NCBI RefSeq assembly: GCF_037992945.1
Contig: NZ_CP150304.1
Location: forward strand, 500,816-524,815
Origin: Peribacillus sp. FSL E2-0218
Lineage (GTDB): Bacteria; Bacillota; Bacilli; Bacillales; DSM-1321
Length of the DNA stretch: 24,000 bases
Direction: 5' to 3'
Made by a program: the position numbers and the translations under genes. Each line of letters starts with the position of its first letter. Within the stretch, counting starts at the first letter, position 1. The notes under the pieces are model-generated. The model had not been told where the DNA came from. It worked only from the letters and a program-made list of their open reading frames with translations, and made no database searches. Of this stretch, positions 16,536 through 24,000 are shown piece after piece.

Positions 16536-17165
16536 ATGGAACAAGTATCCCTCGCAGGAGGACCAACCCTTCGCCAAGTTATGATGGAAAAGCAGACAAT
16601 TAAGGAAGCCTATCAGAAATTCACGGTTAAGGATAGCAAAGTAGAGGGTGTTTCTGGGGAGAGTATTACTAAAGGTAAAGTGTATCCAACTAGACAAATA
16701 GATTCAGTAGCAGAAACACATATAATTGATAGAGTAAAAGAGCTAAGAGGAAATTTAACAAGTAGGTATAAGAAATCTGGTAATTTTGCTGTTGCAGAAG
16801 TGGATGTCAGTGGGATAAGTAAATCTGAATTTTATGCTCAAAGTAGCATAAATGAACTCAAAGGAAGTCTTGAGGATATGGTGCCTGATATTTCTTTACA
16901 ACCTGAAAATCCAATGTTTAAAGCTACAGAAGCTATTGGTAAAGAGGGAGAGAGTTACTTAAGGAATACAGATACGGAGTATAAAATACTAAATGACATT
17001 GCTTCTGGGCTTGGGGAGAATACACAAGCTAATGGGAAAATTAAGTTATTTACAGAATTGGATACTTGTTACAGTTGTAGTAAAGTCATAGCAGAGTTTG
17101 CTGCTAAATATAAAAATATCGAATTAGAAGTCATACACAACAATGGTAATAGAATTATTCCTTAA
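16536..17165 (+). CDS. Orphan LXG-toxin C-terminal cassette (frame open from 16371; no credible start/SD), deaminase-fold-like tip
   Basis: The frame is open over 16371-17165 and starts with SGTKFIPYSKEIAQKQVQKVQ, homologous to LXG residues encoded at about 14972. It also shares QKFTVK (16614-16631 vs 15160-15177). The first ATG at 16536 has no SD. The tip has a D-T-E (16971-16979) followed 30 residues later by C-Y-S-C (17067-17078) within a strand-helix-strand pattern. Confidence 0.6.
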   Translation: MEQVSLAGGPTLRQVMMEKQTIKEAYQKFTVKDSKVEGVSGESITKGKVYPTRQIDSVAETHIIDRVKELRGNLTSRYKKSGNFAVAEVDVSGISKSEFYAQSSINELKGSLEDMVPDISLQPENPMFKATEAIGKEGESYLRNTDTEYKILNDIASGLGENTQANGKIKLFTELDTCYSCSKVIAEFAAKYKNIELEVIHNNGNRIIP

Positions 17166-17193
17166 ACTTAATTTTGAATGGAGGAGAAAATTA

Positions 17194-17550
17194 ATGAAAG
17201 ATTGGGGATATAATGAATTATTTGATGCGATTCAGGAGACATATGAAGAGTTGTTAGAAGAAGATAGGGGATATAGGTATGCTATAGCAAAACTAGCTGA
17301 TGAATTTGATAGATTAGGCAAGATAGAAGATTTTATTGTTGATACTGCTATTGGAGAGATAGCAATCGGCCATGAAAAAGTATATGTTGGGCGCATTGAA
17401 GGTATAACAAAAAGGTTAAGCATGTTTATCCCACAAGAAGCAGAATCTGACTTAACATTAGAAGAAATACAAGACTTATCGAAACGAATAAAAAAAGTAA
17501 TACAAGGACTAAGAAATGCAGAGGTTGATTATAATTCATCAGCAGAATAG
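17194..17550 (+). CDS. Putative cognate immunity protein of the orphan toxin
   Basis: 118 aa, acidic and helical. The ATG at 17194 has a strong GGAGGAG SD (17181-17187); the track start at 17143 overlaps the toxin and lacks an SD. It lies directly downstream of the toxin tip. Family not recognised. Confidence 0.55.
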   Translation: MKDWGYNELFDAIQETYEELLEEDRGYRYAIAKLADEFDRLGKIEDFIVDTAIGEIAIGHEKVYVGRIEGITKRLSMFIPQEAESDLTLEEIQDLSKRIKKVIQGLRNAEVDYNSSAE

Positions 17551-17586
17551 CAGGTGAAAGAAAAATATTTAATCATGAAGTGTTAA

Positions 17587-17618
17587 CCTTGAGTGGACAA
17601 AGCCATTCGAGGTTTTTT
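17587..17618 (+). terminator. Rho-independent terminator after the orphan cassette
   Basis: ccttgagtgg (17587-17596) pairs with ccattcgagg (17603-17612): 10 bp including 2 G-U pairs, followed by T6 (17613-17618). Confidence 0.65.
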
Positions 17619-18060
17619 AATGAATTAGACAGTTTTAAATCTTAGTATGTTATCTATGATGGCTAAGTGTTATTTTTATAATTTTTGAAATTACAGGAAA
17701 CTAAACAAATGAACCAACTAGAAGCAAAAGAAATAATCGAGCAATTTCATAGTTTTTGCGCAGATAAAGCAATCAATGAAGAGAATGGGGATTGATATCA
17801 ATCACCGATATAAATATAAAAAAGCATTATAGGGGCTTTTATGTCCAGATCCCAGTTTATCCTATGTTAAACAGGAACCGCGACGGTTTGTACCTCATGT
17901 ACTGGAAAAAGGTTTGAATATCCACCCAATTCTTTAATTAAGCAAGCAAGCGATTAGTTTTACAAAAAGTGGGTATAAAGTATGGAGCGACCTTTCATTT
18001 AATAGCTAACACTAAGTTTTCTTTATGTTGAATAAGGAGAATTTGGTGGGAGGTGATTAA

Positions 18061-18251
18061 ATGAGGAAAGTCTATGGTATTAAAAGTTTAATAAGTACCT
18101 TGAGTCGGTAAATCAGCCAATTACCGAAGAGGAGATCAATGATCTGATATTAAATAAAAAGATACCCCATCTCAGACCCATCAATAATTTACTGGTTTTT
18201 AATTTAGATCATATTGATGGCTGGCTTCATGACCAGCCATCCAAACCTTAA
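18061..18251 (+). pseudogene. Possible frameshifted small excisionase/MerR-like HTH gene remnant
   Basis: A strong SD (GGAGGTG) precedes the ATG at 18061, but that ORF stops after 16 codons. The frame offset by two bases continues as KYLESVNQPITEEEINDLILNKKIPHLRPINNLLVFNLDHIDGWLHDQPSKP*, which resembles the …IP..K.G….F….I..WL pattern of excisionase-type HTH proteins. Weak call. Confidence 0.3.
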
Positions 18252-18290
18252 CTAATGGAAGCCCTGCTTACAAGTGAATTTAAAGGGAAA

Positions 18291-18340
18291 AGCCGGCCAA
18301 GGTGTTTCATGAAAACCTTGGCCGGCTCCTTTTCTTTTTT
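18291..18340. terminator. Strong hairpin terminator between convergent units
   Basis: agccggccaagg (18291-18302) / ccttggccggct (18316-18327) form a perfect 12-bp stem. A T-rich tract follows on the plus strand, and a weaker U-tract on the minus strand (for the DUF445 gene). Confidence 0.8.
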
Positions 18341-18374
18341 ATTAGTGGAAAGGGATCACCAGCTGGCGCATGAC

Positions 18375-19631
18375 TCATAATAGCGTAAGCAGGGCTTGGA
18401 TGCCGGTCAGGATGATCCCGATTATAAAACCGCATACGGCTCCGTTCACCCGGATCCATTGCAAGTCTTTTCCTACCCCATTTTCCATCATGTCGATCAG
18501 CGTTTCGTTATCTAGCTTATCGAGATTTTCCTGGACAAGATTGCCGATTTGCGTATGATTATTTTCAATGAGAGCAGTAATTTGCTTCTGGATCCATTGA
18601 TCGATGCTGGTGCTATTTTCTTTCATATTATCCAGGACTCGCTGAATGATGGGGGTCAAGTAAGCGTCCATGAAATGCTCACCTTCGACGAATTCCAGTG
18701 CTTCTTGTTGAATTTGTTGTAGACCTCCCGTTATGGTTGCCTCGGGCTCCCATTTCGTTAGAAGTTGTTCCTTCCATTTTTCAACTCCTTGTAACAGTTC
18801 CCTGTTATCGTTAATGCCTTGAATTTCTTTCCTGATATATAAGATTAAAGCTTCTCTATTTGGTTCCTTCTCATTTTTTAAATTATTTACGACACTTAAC
18901 AGAAGGTTTTGGATGATATTGCCCAGTTTCTCCTCGTTAAGCAAGCTTTGAATCGATTTAACGGCAAACTGAAGCATGCCCTCCAGTTCAATCTTGCTGA
19001 GTACATCCATGGAAACAGTGCCTAGCCTGTGTCCGGTTTCTTTTTGCCTTAACCAATCTTCAGCTTTTTTCAAAACATGGTCCAAAGCCTTTTTATCAAA
19101 CTCTTCGTTTACTAACTGTGAACTTACAGCATGTAGAAGCTTGCTCATGTCTATGTTAGAAAGTGATCCTTTTATTTTTTTTGCAACAAAAGGCGTAATC
19201 TTTTCTATATCTATATAACATATCATTTGCTTAATAAGTTTAATCAGGACTTTTCTGAACGTGTCACTTTGTGTCTCTTTTACTATGACTGGGATCAATT
19301 TTTCTGTAAAAGGAATGTTTTTGACTTTATCCTGAATGCTCTCCTTAGACAGCCAATCGTTTTTCAGCATTGAAACCAGTGCATGGGTCATTCTTTTCCG
19401 GTTGTTGGGCAAGAGAGCTGTATGGGGGATCGGAATTCCAAGCGGATGGCGGAATAGTGCAGTGACGGCAAACCAATCTGCCAATCCACCGACAAGTCCT
19501 GCCTCGAATCCTCCGTGTAATAAATCCAGCGGCAAGGAACCTAGAAAGGGAGTGGTTGCAATATATCCCGCTCCCATGATCAATAATGAATACCGAGCTA
19601 TTTTTCTTGACGATTTTATTTTTGGCGACAT
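18375..19631 (-). CDS. DUF445-family membrane protein
   Basis: 418 aa. The N-terminal region …GGLADWFAVTALFRHPLGIPIPHTALLPNNRKR… is the hallmark DUF445 motif. A long helical middle is followed by a C-terminal TM helix. Confidence 0.7.
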   Translation of the reverse strand: MSPKIKSSRKIARYSLLIMGAGYIATTPFLGSLPLDLLHGGFEAGLVGGLADWFAVTALFRHPLGIPIPHTALLPNNRKRMTHALVSMLKNDWLSKESIQDKVKNIPFTEKLIPVIVKETQSDTFRKVLIKLIKQMICYIDIEKITPFVAKKIKGSLSNIDMSKLLHAVSSQLVNEEFDKKALDHVLKKAEDWLRQKETGHRLGTVSMDVLSKIELEGMLQFAVKSIQSLLNEEKLGNIIQNLLLSVVNNLKNEKEPNREALILYIRKEIQGINDNRELLQGVEKWKEQLLTKWEPEATITGGLQQIQQEALEFVEGEHFMDAYLTPIIQRVLDNMKENSTSIDQWIQKQITALIENNHTQIGNLVQENLDKLDNETLIDMMENGVGKDLQWIRVNGAVCGFIIGIILTGIQALLTLL

Positions 19632-19809
19632 TTTATTCCCTCATCCTTAACATGATATTCCATTATTAGTATCGAATCATCAACGTATTTTATGTTTTGC
19701 TTTTATTTAGTAGTATAGCAGGTAGTTCAAAAAAATACCCACAACTAAGGCGGTAAGTTCATATTTCGGGAATGGGGAAACTGCTTATTAAGAAGAAAAT
19801 ACTTGCAAT

Positions 19810-19837
19810 CAAAAAAAGCCGATCATTTCGATCGGCT
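19810..19837 (-). terminator. Rho-independent terminator of the BASS transporter gene
   Basis: agccgatc (19817-19824) / gatcggct (19830-19837). The A7 run upstream on the plus strand gives a U7 run on the minus strand. Confidence 0.8.
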
Positions 19838-19866
19838 AAAAACGGAAAAACGTTCAAAGTTCATCA

Positions 19867-20841
19867 TTATATGCTTTTTTTAATCGAATCATTTTTAACT
19901 TCCACACTCTTTTTTCTCTCTTGCATGCGGCTGAAAATATAGGCTAATATGGATCCGGATATATTATGCCAAACACTGAAGATGGCACTGGGTACAGCAG
20001 CTAAAGGCGAGAAATGGGCGGTTGCTATCGCTACACCCAAACCGGAATTCTGCATCCCGACCTCCATGGCAACGGCCTTCTGTTTTGCCAAATCCATCCC
20101 GCATAACCGGGCAAAGAAAAAGCCAAGAATAAAACCAAGAACATTATGAAGCACGACGACCGCGAAAATCATTAACCCGGTTTTAGCCAGCTGATCTTGA
20201 CTGCCTGCGACGACGGCAGAAACGATCAGGACGATGGCAATGACTGATACGAGGGGCAAAGCCTTTGCACCGGCCTCTGCCTGTTTACCGAAAAACTTCT
20301 TGACGATGAATCCAAGCAGGAGCGGGATGATCACGACTTGAATGATGGAAATGAATAACGATCCAATGCTGATATTGACCCATTTACTTGCCAACAGCAG
20401 GATGAGAAGCGGGGTGATGATGGGCGCTAAAATGGTGGATACGGAAGCGATGGCAACCGCAAGTGCAACATTTCCTCGTGCAAGGAACACCATGACATTT
20501 GAAGCTGTCCCACTAGGGCAGCAACCGACCAAAATGACGCCGACCGCCACTTCTTTCGGCAGGTCGAACAGGATTGCCAAAGCAAATGCCAATAACGGCA
20601 TAATGATGAAGTGTCCTGCCACCCCGAGGGCTACATCTTTCGGTCGCCGGAAAACTTCTTTGAAATCAGCGGCGGACAGTGTAAGACCCATGCCAAACAT
20701 GACTATACCCAATAAAGGAACGATGTACGCTCCAATCCATATAAAGTGATTAGGCATGAAATATGCTAGGACTGCAAATATCATCACCCATAAGGTAAAT
20801 GTTTTTCCAGCAAATGCGCTGACTTTCTCTACTAAACCCAT
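19867..20841 (-). CDS. Bile acid:sodium symporter (BASS/SBF) family transporter
   Basis: 324 aa with about 9-10 TM helices. The pattern …MFGMGLTLSAADFKEVFRRPKDVALGVAGHFIIMPLLAFALA… and …CCPSGTASNVM… is typical of the BASS family (B. subtilis YocS-like). Confidence 0.85.
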   Translation of the reverse strand: MGLVEKVSAFAGKTFTLWVMIFAVLAYFMPNHFIWIGAYIVPLLGIVMFGMGLTLSAADFKEVFRRPKDVALGVAGHFIIMPLLAFALAILFDLPKEVAVGVILVGCCPSGTASNVMVFLARGNVALAVAIASVSTILAPIITPLLILLLASKWVNISIGSLFISIIQVVIIPLLLGFIVKKFFGKQAEAGAKALPLVSVIAIVLIVSAVVAGSQDQLAKTGLMIFAVVVLHNVLGFILGFFFARLCGMDLAKQKAVAMEVGMQNSGLGVAIATAHFSPLAAVPSAIFSVWHNISGSILAYIFSRMQERKKSVEVKNDSIKKSI

Positions 20842-21129
20842 AATGACCTCCTAGATGTTTTAAAATAAATCAATTATAGTGTATATTCAGAATATTTAAA
20901 ACCCCATTTCGGTAATAAAAAATATCCATGCATGTTAACCCGCTAATTGGGCTGAATTTAAATGCAGGCAAAGAAAGTTAGGATCATGCCGTTTTTGTGA
21001 GATGAGAACATAAAAGCGGCCAGCCAATAAGGAACGGGAAGCTACAATCAGTATGGGTTGTTTTAAAAGCCCAATTATTGCTATTGTAAGAATAATGACG
21101 GTAATACATGAAGTGGAGATGTGGGTGCT

Positions 21130-21807
21130 TTGATACATATATTAATTGCGGATGATGATCGGCATATTCGGGAATTGCTTAAATTCCACCTGGAGAAGGA
21201 AGGGTACATCGTTTTCGAAGCGGAGGATGGCAATGAGGCCTCGCTGCTACTTGAGAACGAGCGAATCCATCTCGCCGTTGTCGATATTATGATGCCTTAT
21301 AAAAACGGCCTGGACCTTTGTAAGGAAATACGTGATCAATATGACTTGCCGGTGATCTTATTGACTGCTAAAGATCAACTTATCGATAAAGAAAAGGGTT
21401 ATTTTGCCGGTACCGATGATTATCTTGTCAAGCCATTTGAGCCAAGGGAACTAATATTTCGAATAAAGGCTCTATTGCGAAGGTACCGAATGGTTAATTC
21501 CGAATCAATTGCATTGAACGAAACGATTATTGACCGTAAAAGCTATGAGGTGCGAATTGAGGGGAAGACATTGCTCCTGCCGCTTAAGGAATTTGAGCTG
21601 CTGGCACAGTTAGGGAGTTTCCCTGAGCAGGTTTTTACGCGTGAGCAGCTGATTGAACTCGTATGGGGCGCTGATTTTGAAGGAGATGACCGAACGATCG
21701 ATGTCCACATAAAACGATTAAGGGAGCGCTTCTCCGGACGGACCGATGATTTCGCCATCACCACCGTTCGTGGCCTCGGTTATAAGCTGGAGGTCAATAA
21801 AAAGTGA
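21130..21807 (+). CDS. hssR: OmpR-family response regulator, HssR-like
   Basis: Receiver domain (ILIADDD…, VDIMMP, LLTAK) plus a winged-helix output domain (…TREQLIELVWG…DRTIDVHIKRLRE…RGLGYKL). I prefer the TTG at 21130 (GGAG at 21115-21118) over the in-frame GTG at 21121, but the start is uncertain. The HssR name follows from the partner kinase and the downstream box. Confidence 0.75.
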   Translation: MIHILIADDDRHIRELLKFHLEKEGYIVFEAEDGNEASLLLENERIHLAVVDIMMPYKNGLDLCKEIRDQYDLPVILLTAKDQLIDKEKGYFAGTDDYLVKPFEPRELIFRIKALLRRYRMVNSESIALNETIIDRKSYEVRIEGKTLLLPLKEFELLAQLGSFPEQVFTREQLIELVWGADFEGDDRTIDVHIKRLRERFSGRTDDFAITTVRGLGYKLEVNKK

Positions 21808-23183
21808 AAACACTCTATTTCAGGATAGTTATTCAAACCATACTGATCATGGTGCTCGCCAGTGTCATCGCCTTTTTAATTTCCAATGTCTACTACCATA
21901 AGGTTCAAAAACCCTATAATGGTGAGAAAATTAGCAAAGTCGCTAGTGATATCGTTTCCTTATATGAGGAAAATCCAAGTCAGGATATCGATGCCTATTT
22001 AAACCATATAGCAGGATTGCACTATCAGATGTATTTGTTTAATGAGCGGGGTGAAGGAACTTTATATGGGGAGCCGTTTCGGGAAACCGCTTTGGATTCA
22101 GGCACGATTTCTGGAGTTTTGAATGGCAAGACCTACCAAGGAATCGCCAGCTATAATAATGGGTTATTCATTACCGGATTTTTTGATGATGTATTAATCA
22201 ATAGCATCGGTGTCCCGATTAATGTGGATGGCGAGAAACATGCCCTGTTTGTTCGGCCGAATATAGAATTGCAGTTTGGCGAAATACGCTTTTTCCTTGC
22301 CGTTTTGCTAATACTCACACTACTGCTCAGTTTTTTATTCGTGATCATCAATACACGTTTCATCGTCAAGCCAATTACGAAATTGACTGAAGCTACGAAG
22401 AGAATCGCTGATGGAGATTATGGCAGTGAATTGAATGTATCCCGACGTGATGAAATCGGGGATCTGGCACAGCATTTTTCGAAAATGACCCAAAGTATCC
22501 AGCGGCTGGATGAAATGAGACAGGAGTTCGTATCGAACGTTTCTCATGAAATTCAATCGCCGCTTGCATCCATCCAAGGATTTTCGCAAACCCTGCAATC
22601 AGAGGAATTAACAAGGGAACAAAGAAATCAGTACTTGTCCATAATCGAAAAAGAGAGCAGGCGTATGTCTTTACTAAGTAAACAACTGCTTCAGCTAGCT
22701 TCGTTGGATAAAGAGGAAGATCCGCTGCAGCGGTCCAGTTTTGATTTGGCGCAGCAAATTCGGCAAGTGATGTTCATGCTGGAATGGAATTGGCGGGAGA
22801 AAGAAATGGTGATCGAAATGGATGTGCCTTCAATCGTCGTTTTTGCAGATGAGAAACTTATGAGCCAAGTATGGACGAACTTGATAACCAACAGCATTAA
22901 ATATTCCGAAATGGGCAGCACAATTTACATTCGCCTCAAAAAACTGGATCATTTTGTTGAAGTGATGATTTCAGATACGGGCCTGGGAATTTCGGAAGAA
23001 GACCTCCCGTATATCCTGGATCGGTTTTATAAAGTAGACAAAGTGAGGAATCGCAGTGAAACCGGCAGCGGCTTAGGGCTTTCAATTACGAAGAAGACGA
23101 TAGACCTGCATGGCGGAACGATTGAAGTTCAAAGCGAACTTGGCAAGGGAACCACTTTTTATATCCGTTTGCCCCTTATGTAA
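21804..23183 (+). CDS. hssS: Sensor histidine kinase, HssS-like (heme sensor)
   Basis: The GTG start overlaps the regulator stop (GTGA). Layout is TM1, periplasmic domain, TM2, HAMP, HisKA (VSNVSHEIQSPLASI), HATPase (DTGLGI, GSGLGLSI). From my memory of S. aureus HssS, the N-terminus and sensor domain share several blocks with it (KTLY.RI, NVYYH, YGEPFRE, TGFFD, FLAVLL). Confidence 0.75.
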   Translation: MKTLYFRIVIQTILIMVLASVIAFLISNVYYHKVQKPYNGEKISKVASDIVSLYEENPSQDIDAYLNHIAGLHYQMYLFNERGEGTLYGEPFRETALDSGTISGVLNGKTYQGIASYNNGLFITGFFDDVLINSIGVPINVDGEKHALFVRPNIELQFGEIRFFLAVLLILTLLLSFLFVIINTRFIVKPITKLTEATKRIADGDYGSELNVSRRDEIGDLAQHFSKMTQSIQRLDEMRQEFVSNVSHEIQSPLASIQGFSQTLQSEELTREQRNQYLSIIEKESRRMSLLSKQLLQLASLDKEEDPLQRSSFDLAQQIRQVMFMLEWNWREKEMVIEMDVPSIVVFADEKLMSQVWTNLITNSIKYSEMGSTIYIRLKKLDHFVEVMISDTGLGISEEDLPYILDRFYKVDKVRNRSETGSGLGLSITKKTIDLHGGTIEVQSELGKGTTFYIRLPLM

Positions 23184-23189
23184 TCATTC

Positions 23190-23209
23190 GTTCATCTTCC
23201 ATTCATATT
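23190..23209 (+). promoter_or_regulatory. HssR-type direct repeat (candidate heme-responsive operator of the downstream permease gene)
   Basis: The sequence reads GTTCATCTT-CC-ATTCATATT. The published S. aureus hrtAB operator is GTTCATATT-N2-GTTCATATT, giving 16 of 18 repeat positions matched with the same 2-nt spacer. A third partial copy ATTCATACC lies at 23225-23233. A -10-like TACAAT sits at 23217-23222. Confidence 0.6.
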
Positions 23210-23281
23210 GGTTGATTACAATCCATTCATACCGATCGAAGGCTTATGGATCGGTTAACAAAAGGAATGGGAGATGAGATC

Positions 23282-24000
23282 ATGTTTTTAGCCATACGTG
23301 AACTGAAGCATTCAAAGCTACGTTATTCGCTGATTGGATTGATCATGGTATTGGTCGCTTTGCTTGTCTTTATCATTTCAGGATTAGCCAATGGTCTTTC
23401 TTCAGATAACGCTTCATCCATACAAAACATGAAGGCTGACTATTTCGTCATGGAGCATGACTCGAAAAACAAATTGAATCGGTCGATCATATCCATGGAC
23501 ACGCTGGATGAACTCCGGGCTTCACCGGATGTGCAAGCAGCAGAAGGTCTGGGGCAAATGATGAGCACCTTAAATCAAATCGGTTCAAATGAAAAAACGG
23601 ATGTCACGATTTTTGCGACCAATGGCAAAGGTATTTTGGCACCGGAAGTCATGGAGGGAAAGATCTATGATGATAAGAGACAAGGCGAGGCTGTTGCTGA
23701 TCGTTCCTTAAAAGAGGTTGGCTATAAGTTAGGCGATTCATTTCGAGATGATTGGTCAGGAAAGGTTTTCACCATTGTTGGTTTTACGGAAAAGCAATCT
23801 TACAGCCATTCGCCGGTTGTCTACTTGAATGTTAACGGATGGAGGGAGATCAATCCGGCACTGAAAAATCAAGCTAAGAATTCGATCAGTGCGATAGCTG
23901 TGCAGATGGATGCGAAGGCAGAAGAAACTATACGTAAGTCATTATCTGAAGGCTTAACACTTCTATCAAAAGATGAATCGCTTCAGAGTATCCCAGGCTT
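23282..24000 (+). CDS. hrtB: FtsX-type ABC transporter permease, HrtB-like (partial, runs off the window)
   Basis: The frame is open from the ATG at 23282 (GGGAG SD) to the window end; the ORF track omits it because there is no stop. The N-terminus MFLAIRELKHSKLRYSLIGLIMVLVALLVFIISGLANGL resembles HrtB-type permeases, with a large extracytoplasmic loop after TM1. Confidence 0.7.
   Translation, partial: MFLAIRELKHSKLRYSLIGLIMVLVALLVFIISGLANGLSSDNASSIQNMKADYFVMEHDSKNKLNRSIISMDTLDELRASPDVQAAEGLGQMMSTLNQIGSNEKTDVTIFATNGKGILAPEVMEGKIYDDKRQGEAVADRSLKEVGYKLGDSFRDDWSGKVFTIVGFTEKQSYSHSPVVYLNVNGWREINPALKNQAKNSISAIAVQMDAKAEETIRKSLSEGLTLLSKDESLQSIPG

Noticed and set aside
20935-21138. 67-aa hydrophobic minus-strand ORF upstream of and overlapping the response-regulator start
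   Set aside because: No SD upstream of its ATG. It overlaps the hssR-like start and promoter region and has no recognisable motif, so it is probably spurious. A small membrane protein cannot be formally excluded.
1-24000. CRISPR arrays, IS elements/transposases, integrases, tRNA or rRNA genes
   Set aside because: I looked for regularly spaced direct repeats, terminal inverted repeats flanking ORFs, DDE/tyrosine-recombinase motifs and tRNA-like cloverleaf sequence and found none. The only significant repeat is the 65-nt LXG handle.

Overview
The gene content points to a low-GC Gram-positive (Bacillaceae-like) chromosome, with compact genes and hairpin plus T-run terminators. Most of the window is ordinary housekeeping or accessory metabolism. 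In order it holds a nitroreductase-like gene end, a SEC-C motif protein, an intracellular subtilisin (ISP type), the copper-uptake pair ycnJ-ycnI, a decayed cadherin-like surface-protein gene and an orphan PAS histidine kinase. These are followed by a TVP38-like membrane protein, queT behind a preQ1-I riboswitch, a YbaK-type deacylase, a CBS-pair protein with a HEPN-like Rx4H tail, a DUF3892-like protein and a secreted M28 aminopeptidase. The last third holds a DUF445 membrane protein, a BASS transporter and an HssR/HssS-like heme-sensing two-component system, followed by an HssR-type direct repeat and an HrtB-like permease that runs off the window end. The most interesting region is 13.0-18.3 kb, a type VII secretion (T7SS) LXG polymorphic-toxin island. 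It has two small helical helper genes, an LXG toxin with a beta-beta-alpha-Me nuclease tip, and a DUF600/YezG-type immunity gene. Downstream, past a terminator, sits an orphan toxin tip with no start codon (deaminase-like E...CxxC pattern) and its own putative immunity gene. This orphan tip shares a 65-nt, 63/65-identical in-frame segment with the expressed LXG gene, which looks like a recombination handle for toxin-tip switching. Decayed gene fragments follow it. I saw no rRNA, tRNA, CRISPR array or recognisable IS/transposase. All family names come from motif recognition by eye. No database search was run.
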